A DNA stretch of 64,000 bases from Takakia lepidozioides (lineage: Eukaryota > Plantae > Bryophyta). Shown one piece after another: positions 37,326-48,839 of the stretch; position 1 is the first letter of the stretch, and each line of letters starts with the position of its first letter. The translations under genes and the position numbers were made by a program. The notes under the pieces were generated by a model that made no database searches, was not told where the DNA came from, and worked only from the letters and a program-made list of their open reading frames with translations. The stretch is taken from assembly GCA_030704615.1 (NCBI GenBank), contig CM060731.1, positions 16,740,001-16,804,000 of the forward strand, written 5' to 3'.

Positions 37326-39271
37326 CAATGACAAGATTTTGTTACCATGGTCCAAGTTGGCCAACAGTCTGTTAGAGAAGGTAGATGATGGAGTTCTGTT
37401 TTGGCTCAGCATGGAGATGTTTCTTTTTGTTTCTTTTGCAGGAGGAATTTCCTGCACCCATTTTTCTTTCCAATAAGAAATGAACACTGTGAACCAACTG
37501 CCATTTGTCCAACAAGCTAGTTGCCCAATATTTCTAACTGGGTGATCTAGTTTGGAAGGTTCCTTGTTGCCAGCAAGAGGTAGTCATGGACTCAACCATT
37601 TTCAATAAACTTGTATCTGGACCTCTTTATCCAGAGGGTGTTTGCTGCCATTTGAGACCCTGAGTGCAGCTGTTTAGGCGTGCAACTGGTTTTTTACGTT
37701 CTCCAGTTTTGTCAGACTGCAATTAGGATGCAAAAGAAGCTAATCAGTACCCAACAGGGCTAGTGAAAGTTCTTATATTATTGATATCATTGGAGTAAGA
37801 GAGGAGAGGAGAAAGAGGTGAGAAGTGGATGTACCCAACTGGCCTGTGTAGCCGGAGACTGTGCAAGGATTTCATATAGGGAGAAAAGACTTGGTTGTGG
37901 GCTCAGAGAGAAGGAGCTGGCAAATACACTTGTGGCCATCCAGTATCCACAAATACTCGGGGTTTCTGCCCACCGGGATATGGCCACTGCCCAATTGCTG
38001 TACAGCCAGATCACAATTCAGTTTCAGGAATTGAGTGATGTAGTATGGGCCAGAGACATCATTACAAAAGAATGTACTAGGACAAGAGGCTACACACTGT
38101 CCTCTAGCTTGTGACAGCACGAAACATGTGGCTTCGGATGTTCTTGTAGTTACATGTTTATTGCTACTTGACCCATTGCATGACTCACTAAGGTGCTACC
38201 GAGAACTGTTGAGAACAGATGATACCCTAGGGGGCACATTGTTGCAAAGGCCACCGCATTTTGTCGTGAAAGCTTCTGTCAATGCTAACTTTTGACGGTG
38301 GTTTTTTGGTTAGTTCAACTGTACTTGAAACATCAAATGAGGTTGAAATAGTGAACTGTTATCAGCACCTTAATTTCTGGTATTGATCTTGGCAGCCTAA
38401 GCATTTTTTCTGGCCAGCTGCCTGAGTTTGCTCTGGAATAGCCCCAAATTGGACCTCCAGACTTGCTGTATATCCCAAAAATTTGGAATAAATCCACCAT
38501 TGCAACTGGGAGATTGTCACAAATTAGTAGAGGAAAAAAAGAGAAAGGAAAAGAAAAAAGTAGAGGCCAGAATAATCCAAAAAGATTTTGGGGCCAAAAT
38601 TTTTGGCTTACCATATCCATTTGCAAAGAAAAACATGGCTGCTCCAAGGGTCCAACCAGTACCATGACTCTGCCAAACCCAACTACCGAGTTGCAAACAG
38701 CTAACTTGTCAATCCCATCAATATCTTGAAAACATGGGGTGGCAACTTCCATTCACTGCAGCTCACATTCTTGCAACCAAGGACATATAGGTACTACCAA
38801 GCTAACCAACGTCTGTCACCTTCATTACTGAAAGGAAGTAGTACCTTGTTTAATATCACGAACTCCTTCCTTGTTCATATGCACCAAGACTCACAAATAG
38901 TTGCGGGCAACTATTCCATTCCTCCTTGAGAGCTTTTATTGGAACCTCACTAATCTTGGTGGCAGTTTGCACTGACACACAAGATATGGAAACAATCTCG
39001 CTGTGCAGATGGTCACAGGCAGTGGTGAAAGAAAAGTGTTCTGGCATACTGCATCTATCTAAAATCTTTGCCAGCACAAACAGGGTCCACTCTTTGCCCT
39101 CTACCTGACAAATCCAAACAGTCATTTTAAGAACAACTGAATCCTGTTGAGCTCCTCAATAATGTGCCTACCTAAAATCTACGAATACCACTGAGAAGGA
39201 AAGACAAGAGACAAACTTTAAATACAAACGGACAGCTGAAGAGAGTGTAGGTTCCCCAAACAGGGGAAACC

Positions 39272-40960
39272 TTAAGGGTGGGCACCTCCATTCACAACCA
39301 GGTCAGTTGTATTTCCACCAGGTACAGCCTTGGGCAGACCAGGAGTTGTTACAGCATCAACCTCTTTGACAATTTTGGAGCCATTTGCCTCAGTTCGAGG
39401 AGTCAAATCAGCCAGCTTGTTCCCAGTAACTAATCCGGCGACTGGTAAGTTCTGAGCAGTACCACCAACATTGGAAGAGCTGGGCGGCACTGTAAGGGTC
39501 CTCTCTGCCTGGTGCCTATCACAGCTGTTAAGATGGCCAGACACTGAGGATTTGGGGGTCTTGGTAGGAGAAGGGGAGGGGGCAGGGGATATGAATGAAG
39601 CAGGCAAAGAATTGGTTTTTTGTAATAGAGGCGGCGGTTGAGTGAGAGAACCATGGCGCCGCTGCAGGGTGGTCACTGGCCGACCAGGTCCACTAGAAAC
39701 ACTGCCACATGGGAAAAACACACCAGTCCCTGCGCTGGGAGCTCTTGATGGGGGCAGGGGCCTAGGCACGGTAGACCATTGTGTCTGAGGTATCGCAGCC
39801 ATGGGCGGATATGCACTTGTATGCCCAGCAGCAGCTGGAAATAGAGGCTGCATGCCAGAAGTTGGCACAGTTGGCATGCTCTGGATGGCCTGTACAGTGG
39901 GTGGCCTCACAATGGGAACTGGTAGTACCCCCGATACAGGGACCAAGTTGTGAGGCTTGGGATTTGGATGGCCAGTGCCACCATGTGTAGGACCCACTGC
40001 ATTGTTGAGCAACTGCCGGTTGTTGAATGCTGGAGTCCGTGAAGTTGAACAAACCGATGGAGCTGCTGTTGTGGGATGTGGAAGACCTGCATATTGTGAA
40101 GAAATCCTTGAGGATTTGTTGGGCAGTAACTTCCCCAACGTAATTGAGATCCGTTTTGATGGCGAGGACGTGACAGCATGCCTAGATACATCTGCGCTGT
40201 TGCCTTGCAAGACCAACACGGATCTGCCAAATGGAAAGAGAACAACTAGAAATTCAGCTGAGGCATGGAGCACACCAGAAAACAACACCACCCATCCAAG
40301 AGCCAGCTGAGTTTAGAGTTTTCCCCCAGAAGTTTGCAATGGTCACTCATAGAGTATCTGAACACAGTTCTTGTGCAATTCATGCACAGGGAGGAAGTGT
40401 GAAAATAAAAGAAATTTTATAACATCCACATGGGGCTATGAGGTCCCATATACAAAGAACAAGAAAACCCCACATCAAAATAGATCAAATCTCACCTGAT
40501 GATGAAGTGCATAATGCAGAGTGAGAGAGAGGATGTACTCATGAGACGTTGTTTTCCGTAGCTGAGAGAGAGAATGTACTCATAAGACTTTGTTATCCGT
40601 AGCCTTGTGGCCATTGACCCCACACTCAGTTTGAGCGGAACACGAGGGGACAGAAACTACCTTTGTCAGGGGCTGACACCGGTAGTATGACTTACCTTGG
40701 AACAGACAATTAATCCGAGTTTTCCAGATATCGTCTAGAAATCCCTTCACACAAGCATCAATCTGCTGTGTGTGGTTTGCTGAGAGAGAGATTGTACTCA
40801 TAAGACGTTGTTTGCCGTAGCCTTGTGGCCATTGACCCTGCGCCCAGTTTGAGCGGGAACAAAAGGGACAGAACCTACCTCTGTCAGGGGCTGACGTTGG
40901 TAGTAAGACTTACCTCCATATAAAGAATTAATCCGGGTTTTCCAGATATCCTCTAGAAAT

Positions 40961-40993
<33 letters not shown>

Positions 40994-43900
40994 CAAGAGG
41001 GATCTTAAGTATTTCCCAAGCCAAGGAAAAAAGAGAGCGGATGGATGTACATGCACAAAGGAGATGCCATAAACAAGTCAAGCAGCAATTTAACAAATGT
41101 TCAGTAGGGAACATGTCTTGATTACATACCCAATGGGAAGAGAGAGATGGAAAGCCCCCTTAAAATCTCCAGGCGCATCCATGGTGAGAGAGTGCCCTAG
41201 AACAAAGGTACAATCAGACAGCACTGAAAGCATGCAAAATGGTCGCTCAATATTGGAATGATCTATGTGGGGTGGTAGATAATCGCCCTGCATCACAGCC
41301 ATGCCACATTGCTTCAGTTTTCTCTTACACTTCCATGTGTCTAGAATAGTGATTGGAATTGCACAACAAAACTCCAGCTGAATTAAGTAAACTGCAGATA
41401 CTAGCTCTGCCATGTCTGGCTTGTTGTCGTTGCACAGTGCAGATTGTTTGTTTAACGAGGAGAAGGAATACTCCAGTTAAATGCCACAATTGAAAATTGG
41501 AGAATATGTTGAAAGAACATGTCTATGTAAGAGTGGAGGAGACCCCCAGGTTTGCATTTCGAAGGTTATGCAGTGTAAACAATGACCTTTAGAGAGTGGA
41601 GATCAGTAAGAGGAAATTGACACCAAGGACCAATTGAGCTTGCAACATCTTAAATTGCAATAGACACTAGCTAAGCAATTCACAAGCATACACACCTACA
41701 CAGTAAGAGAAGGATCTTGCTGATGTCAAAGACAGACACGTACCTCATCAAGGATGTGAATGGTGCAAGAATCTGGCAGTGAGCTAGCAGGGATTATATG
41801 CCACCGCACCAAGCGATCAATAATCACTTGAAGAAATGCAGGCATTGGTTCTGGTATCTCATCTGTGCAATTGTGCAGAAGTTAGAACAACATTTGAACA
41901 AGAGATGAAAGACTGGCAAGGGTCCCCAGCATATCCTACCTATTCAGTGTAGGAAACTGAGCAGAGAATTCATGAAAGCAGACAACAACATAAAGAGGCA
42001 CATGGAGAAATACACTGTACACTGATGATTGACTATGACATGTCAGGTATTAAGCCAATGGTGGTCTTTTCACGCAGCACGGGACAAACGACAACACTCT
42101 TAAGCCGGCATAAAACTGATGACACTCCAGTTACAAGATTGAGAAGTCATTTCAGGGCAATAGCCATCACCATGATTGCAGATAGTGATCCTTCAATTCC
42201 TTTTTGGAGAAAGAGAGTGAGAGAGTGAGAGAGAGAGAAGGGGGGGTGGAGGGGCTTCTTTGTCAGAACCGGGATACTTACTGAGTGCTTCAGGATGTGG
42301 GAAGCCATACTGAATGGTTTCTCTTCCCTTCCCTTTTAAACCCCTTCTGGCACCCATGAACGTCCGCCCTGGAAGCACATGATTGACACAAACTATTTGT
42401 TAGCAGCTCTGATTACTGGAGAGGCATTCACTACTAGTAAAGGCTTCTCATTTTATCTTCCCTCCCAATCCTCTTCCAGACAAACTGGGAACAGGGTTTC
42501 TGATTACAGGATTTTGCAAGTACTATGTGAAAAGTTACACCCCATCTGTTTAGGCTGGGGCAATCTCTCAGAAGTACATCTACTATCCTCTCTCTTTCAG
42601 GCCAGGCACTAATCGGAGCTCCATTAATCCCAACTTCCTTAGGTGTGCAAGTTGCAATATAACATCGGGCCTGGTAACATTAACAGGCTTAAGGAATCAG
42701 AGCAGATAATTGCTAACCTGTAGCTAGGGTTCCTTCATTCCTATTCCAATCCATGCTGCTACTTGGAGGAATCCATAACACAGGTAAGCAGAAGGTATGT
42801 TTTTGAATTCACCTCGTCTGCCAGCAGCTTGTAGCTCATTAACTAAGACCGTAAGGCATGCGCTCTCACGCAAGTTCAAAACATTTTCATGCAGTTCTAG
42901 ACCTTCTGCCACATTTATCTGCAAGCAACAATGCAAAACACTAGTTACTTGAATGTTCCCACAGGCACCAAACTGAATTTTCCTCTGCAAAGTGAACAGC
43001 CCATGCAATGAAGGAAACAAAGAACCAACACACTAGGAGATACTGTTGCTTCAACTCATTACTACGTGTTATAATGAAATGCCATGCACACAGAAGTTGA
43101 GTGGAGAGGAAGTGAGGGGAGAATGAGCCTCCCTTGGCACATTACAGTTCCCACCTAGTCTAGGCTGTGTGTGTGTGTGTGTCTCCCTCTCTCTCAATTC
43201 TCATATCAAGGTAACTCACACCACCGGAGTAAGCCCCTCACAAATGTAGTATATGTTCCCTTTTGTTCTGCCCAAACTGGCACGAGGTCTATGGCCACAA
43301 GGCTACGGCAAACACCGTCATATGAGTACATTCTCTCAAATTTAATAATGATTTATTATTATATATGACTAATTAATAATATAGTGATAGGAACATTATG
43401 GACATAGTCCCTGCACCTCTGTTCACCGAACGAGGCTAAGACTTAAGCCCAGGCCCTGTTGGGGTCTAACTGCTTCTGTGAAGGGCTTTCTAGAGGAAAT
43501 CTGGAAAATCCAGAAGTAGTATTTATATCAACTACTGGAGTGAGCCCTTAACAAAGGTAGTGTTTGTTCGCTCTTGTTCCGCCCAAACTCTACCGCCACA
43601 AGGCTCCGGCAAACAGCGTCTTATGAGTACATTCATGTTGTTGTACTTTGTCTTCATGCCTTTAACCCCTTTTGGATCACATACAGTCTTGCCAGTGTAA
43701 AAACAGATGTACTACTCTATAAGCTCTGGTAAGAACATCTTGAGCCGAAGGCCTTACCAGTTTACCATCAACTGCCTCAGAGCAGCTGAAGTAACTTGAA
43801 GTCTTAAGCATAGCATGACGTTGTCCCTCCTCTTCCTTTGAAGAAAATTGGAAGTCTGGAAATGACACCCTTTCTGGATAACACATCACAATTTCCAAGT

Positions 43901-46544
43901 CAGACAAACATTGAGCATCCATCAATTCAGTGATAATTACCCTAAAGACTGCAGTAGATAGGGTTTGGCTTATCAATCTGACTATCAATCTTAATAAAGC
44001 CATTTACCGAAGTTGCAGCAGAACAACAACAACATATATCACAAGCATGAATAGAAGTGAGATTTCATTTTGTTGGTATTGTTCTCTCCCTCGTCAAAAT
44101 CCACAATTACTGCCTTATGTATAGTTTATGTACACAGGAAGCCCAAAGGACCTATCCAACTGGAATATTTCCAGAGTAATTTCCAAGGTAAGATGCAAGG
44201 CTCAATATGTTCCCACCTGATGCTGTCGGAAGACAGCGTGCCTAACAGAGAGTAAGGGCCCTGTGATAGGCAGCATATGACACCTTGATGACAGGTATGG
44301 CAGGAAAAAAAAATGGTGGGCTGGAGTAGTGGCATGATGTAAGATAATAAGGGCTAATACATTACTCTTTGAGTCGCCCAATCATTACAGGTGTTCTTGA
44401 AATCATGACAGAAAAAAAGGATGACTATGGTAGTCCTTGCATTTCCGATGTAAACACATCGATCCATGATTTGTTGCACTGGAATTACATCAAACACACC
44501 TGCTTTCCCTACTACAGCTATTTGCCTTGGCCCACTAAAGCTTCCTGCCCAGCTCAGAATTTTCAATGGTGTTCTGCAGAGGCGGAAAGAATTTCCAGCT
44601 GGGATGGATTGTTAAGAGGGAGACACAGGGCCAAATCTTTTTCACCAATTTTCGTACTACAGCTGTTTGCCTGGTCCACTTAAGCTTCCTTAAGCCCGGC
44701 TTAGAATTCAGTCTTAAGCTAAAAAACATCCAGCTGTGATGGATTGTTTGAAACGAGACATAGCAAGCTACAGCATGTAGATTGAATACTGCCTGTTTGC
44801 GACCTGTGGCCACAGTTCAGGCTAGAACTGATCAGACCCACCCATCTCTCTCTTCCAGATCGTCCATGTCACCTATGGAGACATTGTCACCTATGGAGAC
44901 ATGGAAAAAATGTCACACTGGTCCTCATAACAACAAGCACCAAACTAAACAGAAGACCTTAGAAGCAAGTAGGGAAGTTGTACATTTTAAAACTGTGGGT
45001 TTACAAATAAAACTCCTAATTGCTTTCATCTGCAAATTGGCAGAGAAGTAACAGAAGCTCAAAGGCTTATGGGAAAAAGAGAACACAGGAGAGAAACATG
45101 GGGCCCCGAACAGCCAGCCACTACAACCATAGAACTACAATTCACCTTCAAGTGAATCTCTTAGGTGGAGAGCCCCATGTAAACATCCCAGAAGTCTCTC
45201 CAATCCTCGCAATGTTGAAATTTTGACAGGGAGTGGCTGTCTCTAGGGCAATAGTAGCAGACCCTGATTCGTTCATGGCCATCATATTGCTTTGCTCACC
45301 TCTCAGATTTACCTACAATCATGGGAAGGTAGGATAGGCCCCTTTGCCAGGGGAAATACATGGCAAGGTCAACCTGAGTACATACAGCTTACAATAATAG
45401 TCTCCACGACTTCCGCCGCACTAACCAATGAATTTTGCATGCCCAAAGTGGCCCAAACACTTGACTCACTAAGAGGCCCCTGTACGGCCACAATGTGAAC
45501 AGCCAAAGTGCAGTTCCACCTCATCATTGAGTGTCTCTACACCACAGATTGCCCTTCATTACCATATAACAGAGTTACCTACAAAAGATGCAAGACGGTA
45601 GGTGCATTACTATGTTGCAACCAGGACTTACCTTCAGGCGCAACCAATGTGGGGAGACACCCTTCCTTCAAGTCACCGTTGATACAAACTTCTAAATGTC
45701 CTCGATTTTCAGAATCACCCGCACTTGCCTGTTCCTGCTGAAAGCTTTGTGCTGGTGGTGCTGCGGGAGAGGACAATACTGCATCTTGGGGACATCTGAC
45801 AATGACTTCAGAATGCTTCTGACCGGCGTAAGCTTCGTCACATGCTTCATGTCGGTGCAAATGAACAGTTGCATCTACCTTGGAGACAGCCACCTCTTGT
45901 CTCCCCTCTGCGCCCTGCCCGTTGCCCCTCCTGTCACTTTCAATGTCAGATCTGCCCGGCAATTCAAAGGCCTCTGGAGTTGAGCGTCCTTCCTCCGCAC
46001 CTCCGTGTTGGGACGAAGAGAAAAAACTGGGAATTAGAGGCCCTCCCTTTGCTTCCCTTGAATCACGAACTCCATTGGCCATCTCCTTCCGCAGATTGCC
46101 TCCATCAACCTCTGTCGCAGTGTACAGCTGTTGTGGCTGTTGCATGTGGGACTGATCCGAGGGAGCACCTTGCTTCTTTTCAAACACGAGCTGCAGAGCA
46201 TACATAACTTCTGCCACGGAGAAATATTGCTGCATATGGAGCACAACTGTCCAGTTGTAGCGCCGCTGCTGAATGCAGGTTAGCACAAAATCATACTCCC
46301 CAGGCTTCCCGATCATCTGCAAATGGTGGCACATCCCATCAATCATTGCATTAGCAGCGGCGAACTCCCCCCGAAGCCATGAAATGAAGGCATCTCGCTC
46401 ATCTGGAATCCAGTGTCTCGATTGAAAATCTCGCTGCGCAGTAGGCATAAGAACACCTCTATTGTCGACTTGACATATGTTTTCTTTGCCGTAGCTACCT
46501 AACACTATGTTTGGCATTTGATTGCGTACATCTCCGGAAGCCAT
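39272..46544 (-). CDS. ALKBH10: ALKBH10-type 2-oxoglutarate/Fe(II) AlkB dioxygenase (putative m6A RNA demethylase) with Pro-rich C-terminus
   Basis: N-terminal WIPDERDAFISWLRGEFAAANAMID..EYDFV..IQQRRYNW..VLHMQQYFSVAEV. Exons 46544-45632, 43855-43758, 42918-~42813 (donor uncertain), 42368-42282, 41862-41744, 41287-41130, 40223-39272. Catalytic region PPHID...GNSADVSRHAV..KRISIT. Small extra exons in 43.9-45.6 kb are not excluded. Confidence 0.9.
40533..40960 (-). mobile_element. Three head-to-tail 5'-truncated 3' ends of the RTE/RTEX-like LINE, separated by a duplicated target (TCTCTCTCTCAGC)
   Basis: Copies at 40960-40792 (3 mismatches in ~170 bp versus 61712-61880), 40780-40574 (more diverged) and 40562-40533 (~30 bp). 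gctgagagagaga occurs at 40561, 40779 and 40962. Confidence 0.92.
40965..40992. repeat. (GA)14 microsatellite
   Basis: Directly visible. Confidence 0.95.
43196..43337 (+). mobile_element. 5'-truncated 3' end of the RTE/RTEX-like LINE next to a (GT)n(CT)n microsatellite
   Basis: caaactgg..atggccacaaggctacggcaaacaccgtcatatgagtacattctctc, with tctctcaa on both sides. Confidence 0.85.
43405..43634 (+). mobile_element. Diverged 3' fragment of the RTE/RTEX-like LINE
   Basis: cctgcacctctgttcacc..tgtgaagggctttctagagga.atctggaaaa..gccacaaggctccggcaaacagcgtcttatgagtacatt. Confidence 0.85.
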
Positions 46545-48839
46545 ATCCGCCCTCAAAATCTGCGCTGCTGCTGCGCTGTTCAACCAACATCCAGTCGAAA
46601 TTTGCCGTGGCTCGGTCAAAGGTTCAAAAAGACAGCTGCGGACAGTGTGAAGGCCGCGAAAGCCCAGGCTGTTTATGTGAGGAATGGCCACACACCACTG
46701 AAATGACGTTCATTTCGCAGATCTGTAGATCCCATAGAATAACAGGGTTTCCACAACGTTATCAGTATCATTAGCAATAAAGATACGCACGATATTTGGT
46801 CTTGGGACGAAAATGAAAATCGAGATGCAACGTCGGACAAAGACAATGCCAGTGTCCCCTCAACCTGCACTGCTAATATCTCTGCAATCACTGCGATGCC
46901 ACGATCTCCATCCCCCGGCAGTTCATACCTCCGATACAAAAATGACTCATATCAAGCTCTTTGAGGATGTAATTCTTAATGCAGCCACTCACGCAGACGA
47001 AAATTCTCACCAAAACACTTAGCTTCCTGCCGTTCCACAGGACATCTGAATGCCTATACGTGTTTCAAGGATCCAGACACCGGCATCAAACACCAGATCG
47101 CACCTGCATGAGCTGCTGCAGTCAATCGTCAACCAGCGCTACCGGCAAACAAGCCTGCAGATGTAGGAAAGAAACGTATTAACAATGACGGTACAGGTGT
47201 GACGCGCTCTGGTGAGCTTGATTGCGAAGGCCTAGTGCAGCAGCAGTGCAGACGATGGTGAGTCAGCAGCAAGGGGCAGCTCTCGTGCAGACAGACAGCC
47301 AGACACACACACACACACACCCACTCTCGTTTCTCTCTCTCTGCTCTCCATCTTTTACTTACCTCTCTCGATCGTGCCAACCGGATGAATGCATCAATAC
47401 CTAGGCCATCCATCCCCCTTTATGGATGAGAAACCATCCGTACCGCCTATCGTTGAACACATATTGTCCACAAATTATTTTGTTTTGAACACCCCTAATT
47501 ATAGTAGCGCAATGATGCACCAACCCATATTACTGCGTTGCTCAGCAACACCTTCGGTCTTGGGTTCGACCCCCGTTGACTCCACACCTTTCTTTTTTCC
47601 ATATACTGAAGAAAAACAAATCCCTGTCCCTTCGTCCAAGGAACCCCCCTCAGACGGAGGGTCCCCCGGCATGTTCGTAAGGAGCTGCTGCCTCCAGCAG
47701 CACCATCAACTAATGAAAGACGTGCGCGCCCCCCCCAACAAAATAATAAAATATCTAGGTTTAGCAACGAATATGTAATGAAGTTTGTGGAAAGGCTCGA
47801 TTCAAGTGTGGGACCTGACAAGGCCATGGACAAGGAATCCGACAAAGAGTGTTTGGAAGTACTTGTGTGCAGGTAATGCGTAGTCTCCAGAGGTGGGGCC
47901 GCGATCTCACAAGAGCAATCCAAAGTCTGGAGTTGACATGAATGGCGACCAATGTCAGCGCTGTGTCTGTAGCTAGGGACCCGCGGGGTAAGTGTCGGAC
48001 AATACCGCCTGTCGAGTAGCATGCTACCCGTGTTTATTATTGTTTTTGGGTTATAACAATCAATCGTTATCCAAACTTGATTTCGCCGTATACAGCATAC
48101 TATCACCTATCTCACAATAACATCTCACCGGACTGCGATTCGTCCACATGACCTCCAGGCTCCGGATTACAATTGTTTTTCCCCTTTTTTTCTTTTTTTT
48201 TCCCCTTTTCACTATGCTAGAGCCATCCAGTATCAGTTAGTTAACATGGCATTGGGGGGTCTCCGTTAGTAAGTGTCGGATTCCAGGAGGCGTTATGTAA
48301 TGGGACCAGAAGAAGTACCAGTTCTCCGTATTGATAGGGGATACTTGGATTTATTTAATTGTTTAAGATTTTTTTAATAAAGAAAAAAAAAAGGGAGATT
48401 GCCAACGGAGCTCAAAATTCCTCAAATCTCTGCTCGAATTTTTATTATTATTAATTAAAGAATTTATCAACAGAGGGGAGATGAATGTCGGACTGTGCGT
48501 CTTCAGGTGGAGCGGACGAAGTTCATCCATCCAGTGTGGTTATTGAGTCCATTTCCCGCTTCAGGAAATGATGAGTCGGAAGTGAAGGAGTGTGGAAGGG
48601 AGGCTGACTGCAAGCGTCTGGATCCTGCTTGGATTCGTCTGTGCTAGAGGGAAATTTTGAGATAGGCAACAGTTTGTGTAGGAAGAATCCTGATAGAGGC
48701 CAATTACTTTGGATATTTGCTGAGAATGTGGTTCGTAGAGAGATTGATGAGAAAGAGAGCTGTGAGTAGGAAGCAATTTTCAAATTGACAAGGATATCTG
48801 TGCAGAGAGCGGGTACTTAGTTGCACGGGACTTTCCAGA

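Noticed and set aside
42670-42812. Possible U12 AT-AC intron or microexon in ALKBH10 (ATACCTT donor-like, TTCCTTAAG branch-like)
   Set aside because: The donor deviates from ATATCCTT and the resulting phases do not join the next exon. An ordinary GT donor after CGA G fits.
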